From Antedon mediterranea (Eukaryota; Animalia; Echinodermata), in contig NC_092680.1 in assembly GCF_964355755.1 (NCBI RefSeq), forward strand, positions 8,184,001-8,248,000: 64,000 nt of DNA, read 5' to 3'. Of this stretch, positions 12,638-27,600 are shown piece after piece. The notes under the pieces were generated by a model that was given only the letters and a program-made list of their open reading frames with translations, was not told where the DNA came from and did no database searches. Each line of letters starts with the position of its first letter. Position 1 is the stretch's first letter. Position numbers and translations under genes: made by a program.

Positions 12638-15600
12638 GTTGGTACGTAGAGTTAAAATTATTGTGTTTCACTTTTAAATTTTAAAATTTGTTTAAAATTT
12701 GTACGTACAGTACTGTAGTAACTAGTATCATGAACAATTATTCTCATTTTGTTCCATTCATGTTTGTTTGATGCATTAAAGGCCCCACTGTCTTAAAGTA
12801 TGATTTTCTTATGCCATTAACGTCATACGGTAATTGTACATTATATGAAAAGATTAAGTTATATCCATTTTGTTATCTAGCATTTTACAGTATTCTCGTG
12901 TATCTGTGAACAGTATTTGTCATGTTGTGACCTATACACAATCTGTAAATTCAATTCAACTTTATTTAACCACAGAAGCCCAGATCAACTCATGTTTGTT
13001 CTTCCCTGGGACACCCAAGCCTCTCTGTACATTATTTATTTTAATTTAACATGAGATGAGCTTGTTGATAAATTCAGTAAAATTATAAGAATGTAACCAT
13101 TGTTGTCCTACTTTACTGTACCTGTATGGTCTTATCTTAATAAATTCAACAAAGCAAGGATATTGTTTTATTGGTTTTTTTGTATGCAAATTATTTTATT
13201 CATTGGGTAAACCACAAAATGTTATATGAATTGACTGTATATCCTGTATCTACCATCCCACTAAACAAATTTGGCATAAACAATTACACAAAGCTGCTCC
13301 ACTTCAGGTTAGTATGTACTGTAGGCTTAATTTATCTTTTTTGTCTGTACACAGCCTTTATCCGAGATCATTAACGAACCTGCCCCTGGTGAAATCCAGC
13401 CTGAACCAGCCCCATTTCGTAAGAAACAGTGCAAGAACCTTTCACCTAAACAACCTGAAGCCAAGCCTAGCGCAACCCAGAAAAACATCATGCAGAAAGT
13501 TACAATACTACTCCTAGATGGCACTGACCAGCAGTATGAAGTAGATGTAAGTATCTCAGTTTGTAGTATTTTATCCATCACTTTGAAACTGGTAAACTCT
13601 TAGCTTTGGATTGGTAGAAAGTACAAAGATACCTTTTCAAATTACTCAGATTATAATTATTCTAATACATGTGTTGATGTTTATTCCAGTTTAACAAGAA
13701 AGTTCATGTTAGAGATTTGCTTTGGTAAAGAGAAAATTATACGAAATGTTAAGAATATTGTGTTGATGATTTGATAAAGAGAAAAGTATACATATTGATA
13801 CTAGTATACAGTAGTCTAGTTATGTAAATTTTTATATTGTTATTTCTTTATTTTTTTAAATTTATTTATTTATTTATTTATTTTCTTTTTCCGTGTTTGT
13901 TTTAATCTAATCTTTGTTTAGGCATGTCTGTCACAAGCTTTTTGCTTTTTTGATCATGCCTTCTTCAATCATTTTACCTTTCTTTACACCATTTTGTTGA
14001 CTGTTTTATTTTGAAGAAAATAAATGTTACTTTGAATTGAATTGAATAGTTGTTGATGGACATTTATGAGGCTAAATTACTGAAAAGGGATAGCTAGAGA
14101 GGTACAGTATGGTCCGCTGGGTAAAGAGGGAAAATAAGTATTTTCATGTACTATTCAAAGATTCATTGAGTGAGGTCCCTGTTTAATTTAGGAAAGGGCT
14201 TAACAAACAAGGTTATAGCCTGGTTGAAGGCCTAACCTTGAAATAAGCTTATAGGCTGGGGTGAAAGACTTTGAATGTGGGTTTCTCCACCCACCTGTGC
14301 CTAGCATAATCCTTGATAACTGTATAACTACTTCTGTTTAAAGACCCCTTCCCTGCAATTTTGGACGTTTTTTGGAAAATAATACATATATCACTTTAAA
14401 AACATTAAACCATGTCATTCCTTGTCTTAAATGTACGTTTTATGGTAAATTATGATAAAAAGTGAGAAACAATGCACTACCTAAGTAGCTCGCGGCGATC
14501 AACCTCTCGTGGACGGTCTTAGGCCTAGCCTAGCTAGGCTTAGTTTTGTAGGCCTAGCTGGTAAACATCGGTAACGTACGAACATCATACGCTAGCTATA
14601 TACCTAGCCTGACGTTGTATAGTTGCTGCATTAATTGTCTTTCTATTTTTGCCAGACTCCGTTGATACAAATTGGGGAAAACCCGGTATTTTTGCTGAAA
14701 AGTTAGGAGTCTTCCATTTGTTTTGGCCTCACGATCGATCGAAAAGTGGGCGAATTACAGGTGAAAAACAAAAATATCAATCCGCGCGCAATGCATTTTG
14801 GGATTTATAGCGGGCCGCTATAATTATTAGAATCGACTTATTTTTCACATTTTTAACCGTTTAAAGACGAAAAAAGTTATCGCAATAGGACCATATAGTA
14901 TTATTTTTACATTAAATATAGTTTGTGATCTTAAATTAGATCTAAAAAACGTAGGGAAGGGGGCTTTAAGTATTTCATAAGATAATTTGGATGTGTTGAC
15001 AATGTTTTTTTTTAAAATTCTATTCTATTTATCATTAAGATATAATTACCTTTTCATTTCTTGTATTTTAATATATTTTTGAAAATGAAAAATTGTAGTG
15101 TCATTTCCACAAATTAATTATTCTTTTTTAAATGAAGAGTTAGGTCATCAAAAGATATTCATTAACCTGCATAAAATATTTTTTTAAAGAAGTTTTATCA
15201 TTAATTTTATGTTTTATTGTCAATTTAAATCTGAAGTGAAAATGTAGACAAATTCACCTTTTTCTTGACGCTGTTGAGTACTGGAGTACTTACAAATAAG
15301 TTGAAAGGGCAGTGTTCTATTGTGTAGTATCACTTAAGTATACCAACACACCCATTATTTGCCTATTGATTACACAACATTGCTGATGAACAATAACTTT
15401 CACATGAATTAGTGTTGTAATTACTTTAACAATATGTAATGTAATATTGAAGTCCTACGCTGTCTTGATCGTACAAAGGTTAACCTAGATTCTTGATATT
15501 AACAGTGCAGGTGAAAATTGTTGTTGTCAATTGAAGGTTTCAGCTGTACGTAAACTAATTTTTTCTATCCATGTATTTTTTCAGTTGATTATTTTAATGA

Positions 15601-18600
15601 TAAGTAGGATATTTCTAGTTTAATCATAAAAGATTCTCATCTTTATGCAAGTTCATTCGAATCTAGTACAGTTTCTGAATAGACTGTAGAAAACAATAAA
15701 TAAATGAAGTGGTGACTAGAGTGTTTAACTTACAAGCTGTAACAAATTGGCATGGAATATAATAAGTTGGAACTGTTTATTACAAGGGACATTTATCACA
15801 TAATTTTATCACGTAGTTGTGTGTGAAGAGTTAAATCTGTAAACCCTTGGTATAATAAGTACTGATTGTGAAGCAGAATAAACATCATAAAATAATCCCC
15901 CTTTTACACTATAGGAATTTTACAAAAGTGTTCCTGCTTCACTGCTGTAAAAAATGGGGTTTACAATGATGTTCCAAAGGTTTATATTTATATTATTAGA
16001 AATGAGCTATACTGTAGTTACTCTGCTCTTTAATTAAGTTAATTTGAAGCCTTCTTCCTCCCAATCCAACTTAATGTTCACTTGTACCACACCCTAAAAA
16101 GCCCTTGGTATGATTCTACAACCCACCTTTAGGTAAAGTAAAAAAAAAAGTATTGTACAGGTATGTCCAGTTTTTAATAGCATTTGGAATTGTTCTATCA
16201 GCGGCATTGCTTCTTATGTAATTTAGATTAGGCAATAATATCTCTTTAAATTCTGGTGTATGTACTGTACATCTATCTTCTTATTTTAACATTTAAACCA
16301 GATTTAAACAACATTGGTTTGGAATTTAAATCACAAGTAACAATGCCACTAATTCTCAATTATACAACACGCAACAGTGGTCAAATTGATACAATTCAAT
16401 TCAATACAAATTCAACAATATGTACAACTGGTAAAACAATGAAATTTAGAACTAGTTTTGATAAAGATTGAAATTTATAATGCTCTCCATAGTATTATTG
16501 GTGCTGATATTAATTAAATTAAACCGTCAATTAAAAATACAGTATAGTAAAATTATAAATTGGCTACGAGCTGTTTACCTTTTGGACTAGTAGTATTGTA
16601 CTTAATATACTATTGCATTATTAAAGTAAAATAGTGTATTTGTAGTTCTGTACTGGTACTGATGATATTCTAGTTCCTAGCATGCTCCCCATGAAGCCAT
16701 GTACAGTATGAAGAGTCATTACTGTTTACATTGCTGTTCTACAACTTATGTAAAGTCCAACGTCTAACTAGGCTAATAATTTACTCTTGAGCAATATTTG
16801 GCGCCAAACATTACATGTACCAAGCAATAGCCAATATACATTTTGATAGCTACTGTATAAGCTAATATTCCTTTTGGTAGCCCATTCCAATTTTACCCTG
16901 TAGCCCTATTGACTGGTACTGTACTATTAGCCCATGTCGTAAAGTACACTGAATATTAACTAAACATTACTAAATAAACCTCCAAAAGAATTTGGATTTA
17001 ATAATTCAAAGGCAATTTACAGTCCTATGAATGGAATCAATGGTTAAAACAGTGTTTACAAATTCTAACCATGAAAAGCATGATCATATTACTGTACAGC
17101 ATTAGTTGCTATTAGTATTACTACAGTACTACAGTAGTTGACCAATGATAAATAGAAGTTCTGAAGCAGAAAACAGATTTGTGTTATTGTTGATTGCAGT
17201 TAATAATCAAACAAAATCCATGTCATAAATTACTACATTAATATAAATGTTACATTTAGTAGACTCAACCATATGCATAGCATAGCATATTTATTTGAAC
17301 TGTCTGGTAAAAGATTGTTTAAACTGTGTATGTTTACACTGGGTTGTGATGATTCATCTCTTCTTTGTGCTTAATTTTTTTCTATAACTGTTTTTTTAAA
17401 TAGCAGAACCAAAAACTGTATAATTGTGTTGTTGTTTCTGGTGAAATCTACAATGAGACAAAATATTTTGTATGCAGACTATGGGTAAAGTACATGGGAC
17501 ATATGCTATTTTCACACACAGCCGTTATTATTGCAGCATCAATTGCAGTAATTCACAATGCCGTTTGTGTGTGAAAGGGCCTAAGCTCTGCTTTAGTTTG
17601 ACTACTGTACCTCTTTACCTGGTCAAATGGCTGTGCAATATTAACATTGTTGTACAGTTATCCCTTTCACATTCTGGTTGGAAAATGGCTGCTAAAATTG
17701 ATTTTTTGGTTTTAAAACCACCAGTGGATTTCAAACAACTTATAATAAAAGTGGCCATTCCTTTTATATTGTAGATTAGAAACACTTATTATGGACTGTT
17801 TCTATATTATTTTGTTGTAAAATGTAATCAAGCTGTACATTTATAATTATGCATTCATTTTGCTTCCATCTGTAGTGTACTAGAAACACCACTTAATTCA
17901 CCTTAATTGGGTTAAAACCGTGTTGTATTTGCCATCCAGGTAATTTTCTTATGCAAATTCAATCATGAATATGCATGAGTTGTCACTGTGACATTTTCTC
18001 ATGACCTCATTATTAGCAAAATGCATTACAGTTAGTGCAGAGAGAGTTCAATATTTCATACTAGTGTGATTTTTCTATCACCACTATCACAATGCATATT
18101 AAGCAGTAAATACTACTGTAGTCATTTTATAAATAAGCTTTATCAAATGAATAATAAGTGGTATTTCTAATTATCATATAATATTGATTATTTTAAAAAT
18201 ACTTTACATTGGTATTATACTAAATGTTAACGGATGTACTGTAATTTTGGCCTATATTATTTTACTAAAGCTTTTCATGGTTTAGATTATTTTTCAAACA
18301 ATTTATTATGATACTCGTTTCTATAGTTGGGTATAATAATAGTATTTATCAAGTCATTTTTTTACTAACAGTACATGGTAAAAAAATGAAACAGAACTTC
18401 AAGTTATATAATAATATTAGTGTCAGTGAAAATTATAATTAGTTTGGTTACTTAATTTTTGTCTTTAGAAACGTTCAAAGCGTGAGTATCTCCTTAAGAT
18501 TAGAAGGTAACAGAGGGCTTGAACTTGCTGGAGAAAGATTAAATTAATTTGGTTACTTAATTCTTGTCTTCAGAAACGTTCAAAGGGAGAGTATCTACTT

Positions 18601-21600
18601 AAGAAGATAACGGAGAGCTTGAACTTGCTGGAGAAAGATTACTTTGGTCTGACATTCCGAGATTCTCAAGATCAGAAGGTACAGTATGGTACTTGTTAGG
18701 CGTCATCTACAAATTATTTCAGACCAGAGACGCGTCTGAAAACTTGCAACCCATCAGACGCGTCTGTCCAATGCTGAACCTCATTAACGATCTATTATGA
18801 ATATTCATGAGCTACCCAATCGCGGCGAAGACGCGTCTGTGTGATTAAAACCCGTCTTCGCTGTTTAGTAGGTAAAACAATAGAAAACGCGTCTGAGTGA
18901 TTAAACCCCGTCTGTATTGCTTTTATGGTGAAACAACATTGGTATCATTTCACAGAACCAACAAATCTGAGACTAGGCCTAGGTTATCCTAATTTGGATG
19001 GAAATTCGCCGATGAGACGACATCGGGCCTGTGGACTTCAGCTCATGCAGAGAGAAAGAAAGTCTAGGCTAGCCTAGTTTCGGCGGCCTACACTAGGCCT
19101 ATAAATTATTTAACGCTCCTACCTTGGGTTAGCGAATTATAAAAACAACGACACCTAGGCTAGGATATGAAAAATAAATATATATTCCATATTAAGATTT
19201 AACATAGGCCTAGGGCCTAGGCCTTTTAAAATGATTACGACATGTGTAAAGAAAAAGGCTCAACCAGAATTTGGGGGGGGGAAACATGTGAGCAGTTTAG
19301 AGCTAGCTAGAGAGAGAATATTGGGTTTCATGTCATGTGACACAAAATCCAGGTACACAATCTTAATTACTGTTTTATCGTCGTCAGACGGCAGCCGCCA
19401 GAGTATCGCGTTTCATGCCATGTGACAAAAAAAACTAGGTCTGTATTTATTACGGTCTTCTGTCGGCAGTCTTTTTGAGCGACCGACTGAAAACGTTCTG
19501 ATACTATAGGGTCATTCCATCTCAGATCACCCAATGAGTTAAACCCTACCTCTTCCAATTTTGATGAAATTTGGTATATGGGTGATTCATAGCAATTAAA
19601 GCCAAAATTTCAAATTTTAACTTTATCGGACCAACGGTTTACGAGATATCGCAATTTCAATTTTCGGTTTTTACGCAAAAAAGGGCGCATCCGCCACGTT
19701 TCAAAGAGCTGTATCTCGGGAACTATAGGTTCGATTTTAAAAGCAAAGGTATTTTTGTAAAGGGGAGACCATAAGGAATCTAAATATACTAATTGTGTGT
19801 GTTTTATGTTAATTTTAATTTGAATAAAACTTTGACATATATTTTGACCTTGAAATTGACCACGTGGAACACGCCCGATTTGTTGGTGACTATCACGAAA
19901 AATGTAGCCCTACGTGTCAACTACAACATATAAAAAAATTGGAGGGGTTTTTTTCTTTGTTTCCATGAAATTACAATTTGAAGTTGACATACCTCTTCCT
20001 TTTAGTGTATTTTTGGTGTATGTCCATGCATTACTTCAATGTCAATTTGATGTATTCCAAAAATAATTTTATTTACAAACTAAATATAAATATTATAATG
20101 TTAAATTGTCTATGTCTGGCCTTTACTCCTTGTCATCTGGCCAATTCAAACAGTATTTAGAAATGTTGTGGCGATCATTTTGGGAAATACTGTAATTCCT
20201 AGTCGAAGAGGATTTTATAAACGGAGAGGCTATAATACAATGTATATTTGATTCAGAAATCCAACAACAGTCTTCTTTGGACGGCCAATAAAAGGTTTTC
20301 GCTGGCCCATGAGGATGCATAAATTTAATTTGATAATCCCCAAACTCTTCTGAGACATCCACAACCAAAACAATCCATGGGACACCATCATAACTACAGC
20401 ACACAAAATTCTGAAGTCTAATAATGGTGGGTTGTGTATCAGCAACAATTTCATTTTCATCACTGAAAGATTCTTGAATCACTACCACATCCGGAGGGTT
20501 TATCTGGGTACTAAGTTTGTAGACCTGCATCTGTGCCAGAGAAACGGGAACAATGATATTGTAATGTACCCTTGATGGTCTGGGCGAGGTTGAATCTCGG
20601 CTTTATTTTTTTTTCCACAGTAGATACCTCATCTATTCCCACATGAAAAATGTTGATGCCTGGAATGTCCATATGAGTGAGTCATATGGCCGAGCGCTTA
20701 AGGCAGGGGCGCCGTTTACTGTACCTAAAGAGCCAACAACAACATCGGCAAGGGTTCGAGGCCGACTCGCTCCTAGTTCTGGTGGTGGAACAAGTCTTCT
20801 CGGATAAGGACTATAAACCGTAGGTCCAGTGTACACAGTTATAACCTGTGTGTACTTTAAAGAACCCAGTTCATTATTCGAAAAAGAGTAGGGGGTTACC
20901 CCGGTCAACTGGTTCACACAATAGCCCCTGTATCAGGGGGATTACCACCTATCTGATAGGACAGTGATTAATTAACTATTGGTAATCCTTGGCCACATTG
21001 CCTAAAGACATAAAATAAAAATAAAAAATTACACAGTAGTCGAACATACTAAGAGATGTGAGAATATGACATTCAGTCAAACGCTGATAAGCTTCTCTTA
21101 GTGACAAGCCTCTTAACTGTTCCACCTATGCCATCACAATCACATGCACTCTTGCCATGTGATGTAGCGAAAAAATTCCACTCGGCGCCGCGTCTAAACC
21201 AAAATCTTCCTGGTGGTGGCAAAGGTTAATAAAGTTATATTTGTTTTTGTATTGGCCGCCACATCCATCTGTGAAATACTGAACTTTTTTCATGGTTGGT
21301 AGTTTTGTTTTTAAATAGGGGATGACAACCTTTAAAAAGGCATATACAGTAACTGTTGTATGTTCTCTGCAATCACTTATTATGCATATGTTAATGTGCA
21401 TAATAACATAGTAAGGACACTAAACTATGTGTCAAAATTGATTTGAAAAGTATGTGAGTTACCCAGTATTTCTCATATCAAAATATATCTACTGTTTAAG
21501 TGGGCCTGATGAGAAAGCGTAACAATAAGACACCTTAACAGTTAGTGTTCACACTGTGTATAAGTATAACAACACCAACAATACACTGAAAGGAAGAGGT

Positions 21601-24600
21601 ATGTCAACTTCAAATTGTAATTTCATGGAAACAAAGAAAAAAACCCCTCCAATTTTTTTATATGTTGTAGTTGACACGTAGGGCTACATTTTTCGTGATA
21701 GTCACCAACAAATCGGGCGTGTTCCACAGGGTCAATTTCAAGGTCAAAATATATGTCAAAGTTTTATTCAACTTAAAATTAACATAAAACACACACAATT
21801 AGAATATTTAGATTCCTTATGGTCTCCCCTTTACAAAAATACCTTTGCTTTTAAAATCGAACCTATAGTTCCCGAGATACAGCTCTTTGAAACGTGGTGG
21901 CCGCGCCCTTTTTTGCGTAAAAACCGAAAATTGAAATTGCGATATCTCGAAAACCGTTGGTACGATAAAGTTAAAATTTGAAATTTTGGCTTTAATTGCT
22001 ATGAATCACACATATACCAAATTTCATCAAAATTGGAAGAGGTAGGGTTTAAAATTCCATTTTTTTTGGGTGAACTGAGATGGAATGACCCTATATTTAG
22101 AATGAATTGTTTACGATCTTTTTTTCTTGGCATCGTTCTGGATGGACTGGACGTTCGCTATATTAGTTGGCCTGTTCGTTGAGGTTCACCTGTGTTGGAT
22201 CGCGTGTCTCTACGTTTACATCGTGGGAAATTTATATTTATATTCGCCGTTGAGTAGGTAAACATGCACGAAGGAAACGATTACGATTAAAAAATATTAT
22301 ATATTTACAACTTGGTCCTCCGCCAGTTAAATTTAACACATTAATTTCACACCTTCTTACTTCACTAAGAACATCGTAGGGTTGTTTATTTAGGTTACGA
22401 ACTCCTTACGAAGTTCAGAACGTAGCTCATTGAAAGTTGTTTATTGAGGTTACGAAGCCAAACAATGGAACCTACGAAGTCAACAACGTAGCCTACGAAG
22501 CTACTTCGTAGGTAAAGTTGCAGTATTTTCTTTCTGTACTGTAGGTCAATAGTTTGAGTGATTCCATGTTCCAAAAGTTAACTTTAACGTTTTTGCATGT
22601 GGTAAATTCACTCCTTAGCACAAGAAAAATAAAATCGCAAAAATAAAAGGTCGCGAATAAATAGAAACGAAAATTTGCGCTTTACAGTATACTCTGTCGG
22701 CGGTAAAAGGGTATACCTGTACTGATTTGTTTGTCTTACTGCCGGTTGTAAATAATAATTTAATATCACGCTCTCAATGAATTCACTTGCATGTAGCGCG
22801 TTTAACACCAGTACACAGTATAACAATGTGCAGTCAGCCGTATATAGGGGCGGGGCCATAGTCGAACATGCATATTGGCGTCTAGACGCAGCCAAATCAG
22901 ACGGGTTTTGAGACGCGTTTTTGGGTAAACAATAGAAAACGCGTCTGGACGCTGATTTGTGGTCTGAAATAATTTGTAGATCACGCCTTAGTAGCTCAGC
23001 AGATCTACTAATGTTCAGTTACATTCACTTATTTCATCCATGTTCAAACTAATCTTGTCCAGTAAATGGGAAGCCAGAAGATTTTTATTTGAAAAAGTTT
23101 CTGCTTCAATAACTAAACAACAATTGTTAAAGAAGGAAGTTGTTACAATAAACTTAAATTACCATAATACAATTAAACATTAGGAAAGAATGACCATCGT
23201 TTCCTTATGTCTCAACATACTTCATTTTTAATTTGCCATTGTCTTTATCTTCTATTTTAAAATAAAATTTTATCTTCTCTATAAATTTGTCCCAAATTTA
23301 CATATAGTACTTCAGTACATTGCAATATAATTGGGCAAAACTGGTCACCATTTTATAGGTGGAGTTTTTGGTGTACATTGTATTAACCTTTCAAAAACTG
23401 AACTTGATTAAAATGAAATTCTGTTTTCAAAGCCTGGTTTTAAGAGTATTGTTCTGAGGTCAAATTACTTGTGATATTAATAAACAAATTAAATTTGATT
23501 AATGAAATACTACCTTTATTTTAATCTTGTTTGAGTGAGAATGTATTTCAATATTAAGACATAATTAAACTACTTCAAGAATATGATATGAACCATCTTG
23601 GTCAGTTTATACATCAAGAAGGTAATGATACAAAAAGCAATCTTAAAGACACACTCCTTTAATTAGGGAGTTCTTTGTTCTTGGACTATCAATCTTCACA
23701 ATTTAACTGTAAATCCTGCCATTGTCTTAGGAACGAAAACATGTTATAGCCACCCATTTTGCATAATTTATTTTATGTCCTTATTAAATATTTAATTAAT
23801 AGAAATAAATTAGTTAATTAGTGGAACGATGGCACAGTCTGTGCGTTCATCTGTAAAACAGTGAATAAATATTGTTAACCGAGTGAAATGTGTTAAGCGT
23901 ATTAATTTTCACGACTAAGAGTTGCTAATAAACATTTATAGGTGTGTTTTTATAATATTCGTCACAAATGTAATTCCTTTCAAATGGTAGAAAAATACAT
24001 TAAATCTATAAATAACTTTTATTAACTAATTAAAGGTAATATTATAAACACTGTGATTAAGAAAATAACAGTAGTTCTAAGAGATTCAGATTTCGATGTT
24101 GTTATAAAATATAATGAATAAATTGGTGGTGCCAACCAAAATTAGTAAAAAAAAAAACAAGATTTTCAAAATTAACTGTTTAGTTGCTTTTTGTGTTGAT
24201 TAATTTGACGTTAGAATTCTATTCCATCAGAATCATACATCATAATAATGAAATATTTACAAAATTGGTGTTTTTATCTAGTATTTTATTTTGTTTTATT
24301 ATAGAACTGGATGGATCCAGCAAAAGAGATAAGAAAACAAGTTAAAAGTAAGTAAATATCCTGTTAATATCTGTAGTGCTATTATTTAATTGCTTGTTTC
24401 TATTTTGTTTCTGTTGTATTTTTGAGAGAACGGCTTCAGACCGAGTCATTGATTTTCGTTCATAGTTCTGAGAAGACAGCAACTCAACTGGTTCTAACTG
24501 CAGTTCATTAGTAACCTTGTTTTGACAACAAGGATGTATTGTTGTATTGTGGTGCCATGTAATTCCACTTTCTCCTTTTCCTTCAATATCTTTAACTTGT

Positions 24601-27600
24601 TTTTCACCGCGCTTCAAGACTTTTTGCTGTTTGCACTTTTATAATTTCAAAACCATTAACCAATAATGACAGACTTACAATTCAATAGCATTCTGAATTT
24701 ATGAATTCACATCCAATAACTTTCAAAGTAAATTGGAATCGTTAATTTAAATCTACAAAAGCAGTGAAATGCATTTGATATTCAAAACCCTTTGAGCAAT
24801 ATTGTTATATACAGTACTATACAATAAAATATTTAACAGTACAATACATACATACTACTGTAGGATAGAAAATAAATGAATTTCTCTAAGGACTGTGGAT
24901 AACATAAGTACTTCATCAGTTAAATCATCTTTGCATTAAGATATTTTGTCTGTTTTGACAAGAAATATCATATCAGGATTAATGAATAATTGTTTGTAAT
25001 GTTCACAGTTAAGGAGATTTGATTCTGTTGACCAAGGTACTGTTCATATTATCATTATTTATTCAATCATTCATATCTGACTCATCTTAGAATTTTCAGT
25101 TGACCTAGCAAGGTGAATTTAACATTAAGTAGAAACTTGCATTTAATGTATTAAAATAAATTAGATTTTAATATTTAAATTCTTAGAAATGATGGCAAAA
25201 TCTCTTCAAAGAACTGAATTTGAGGTATAATCCACCCAATTCTCAGTGCTGTATCATCAAATACATTATTATGGCAATATTTTCCCAGTATCAGGATGAT
25301 TCAATAACATAGTATATCATGTGTATCACATGTGGTGTCTGTATCATGTAATGATGGCGTTTATTGGTTATCTTTAAGATACTGGGTGATACATGTAAAC
25401 TATTACACTGGAGAAATCTAGGATATGTTTTTTTTGGACCATATTTATTGAGGGTGGTCCATCCAATACAGCAATTGCTGATCATTAGAGATCCTCAGCG
25501 GTTCACAAGAAAAACATATACACAAGATGCTCTACATAAACAAAGTCTTATTACAAGTCTTTGGGAGTGGAGTTGTAATTTTGTCCTTAGAAAAAATCCT
25601 GACATGTGACGGGACTTGAACCCAGGACCATTGGAGTGGTAGCCAAGCATCATAACCACCAAGCCACAACTACACTACCGAGAATCAGATTCTCATCAGT
25701 GTATGGCAAATAGAAAAAGGGAATGGAAATTTATTTAGTATACAGTTAACTAGAGAATCTAAAATGTCAGTGATAATAATGAAATAAGATTTCAATGGAG
25801 TTTTGTGGGAATACTTAAAGCAGGTTGGTTGAAATCAGTTGCTTTGCCAAAGAGATGTATAGATGTTGATGACACATTGAGGAATTACAAACCATTTATG
25901 TAATGTAAATGTTTGTGTAAAATTTGCATTTGCAGTGTTTGAGCAAGTCTAACCTTTTCAATTGTGTAAAAGCGTTGTAGGAAATTACTGAACAAATACC
26001 TATAGTCCTATTCTACAGTATTATGAAGCTAATGGAAAAAACTCATGTACAGGTAGTTAGCTAAAGCTACTGCTATCTTTAGACACATTTTTTTCCTTTT
26101 TTATCCAACAAAATATATTTGAAACCATGTAACACAACAAGCAAATTGTTTCTTCATTTAAACTTGTTCACTGTAATAAGCTACAGAATATTATACATTA
26201 TTATGAATCTTCTTATTGATTTTATATTTAATTAACAGCAATAGAATTAATGTGTTTAATGGTGCTTACAACGCACCATTGTTGTTATTATTGTAAAGAT
26301 ACATTTTATCTGCGTTTTAAAGTTAAACTCAGTTTGTTTTCTAAATGTGAAACACCATAATTTATTTGGTATCATTGTGAAACCACTTAAAATATTTTAA
26401 CAATAGCTGCTGAGTGTTTATTTAAGTACTGTCCCCATCTGCCCCCAAGCCATCCCAGATTGTGCACTGATAACTGAAAGAAAACTAACATCTTTAAAAT
26501 GTACAGTACAAATATTGATATTACACTTTTAGTACTTTTGAATTCACAGTTGTTTTCTTAACTATACTAAAAAGGATGAAAAATAAATAAATGTCTTACT
26601 CATACCATCTATTTATGAAATCATTGCATTCAACTACAGTAACTAAGCCATTAGTCTTGTTTAGTTATCGGTACATGTTTATTTATCGTTATACTTTAGT
26701 ATATACAATGTTTACATTTACACATGAACTTTCCAACTTTTCCTCAATGGCACTGTGAACCAATTATAGCTTGTTTAGAAATTATAAAGCTCTGTCTACA
26801 CTATCAATTTAGTTTGACAAAGTTTGATGTGCTCAAATATGGTTGTGATATGCCCAAAAATATGGTAGTGATATGACATCATCATGTCCCTACGCTCGCG
26901 CTAACCGCTCGCCAATTCGCCAATGGCGACTGGAGTCTCCATTTGGCGAAAATAATTATTGCCTCGTTCGCCAAATTGGCGAAAATACATTTCCAAGCCT
27001 AGGCCTAGCCTGGTCGGCGTGACTTCTTATGGGAGCGAGAATTCGCCACACTTCGGTACTTTCTGACTCGGATACACTTTTTACCAAAACAGCATTTTAT
27101 GTGACGACGTCACGATCGCCGTGTTAATTTTTTTAGTTCTGTTTAAACATGCGCAGAGCGTGCCTCGATGACGTTTTAATGACACACAGTTAATGTGATT
27201 GGTTCGTGGCCGACCGTCGACGACGTGATGATGAGCGAATAAAAGGGGAAGTCCCTATTCTTCGACGTAGAAAATGAACTTCGAGAAGAAAATGTAAACA
27301 GAAACATGTGGACGAATACTTCCGTAAACGAGGCTGTTCTGTTATTTAAAAAGGGGAATTTTAAATTTAACAAAGTAATTACCTCAATAGTATAATGTTA
27401 ACATGTTTAATTTTATTTCCCTTTCGATTATTCTAACCGAAAGTTGCGCTTTAGATTGAATAGCTAAAAAACAACGTATACTGCAACGGCAACCATGGCC
27501 AAAGCGCGTTTCGGCCGCCTACATAGAATGGGTTACGACCGCTGCATAGCAAATTCAAAGCTTCTTAAATTTCTGCGGTACATTTCTTGTTTTATATAAT

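Larger units (their letters stand above)
19509..22091 (-). mobile_element. Sola2-like DNA transposon, internally deleted, with about 500-bp TIRs
   Basis: GGGTCATTCCATCTCAG...CTGAGATGGAATGACCC with TATA 4-bp TSD. Near-identical inverted arms at about 19509-20019 and 21572-22091. Contains a transposase remnant. Confidence 0.85.
18699..22987. mobile_element. PIF/Harbinger-like non-autonomous element hosting a nested Sola2
   Basis: 28-bp TIR GGCGTCATCTACAAATTATTTCAGACCA / TGGTCTGAAATAATTTGTAGATCACGCC, TTA TSD, subterminal ACGCGTCTG repeats. Confidence 0.85.

Noticed and set aside
20633-20917. 94-aa minus-strand ORF as part of the transposase
   Set aside because: Mostly the antisense of the inserted SINE.
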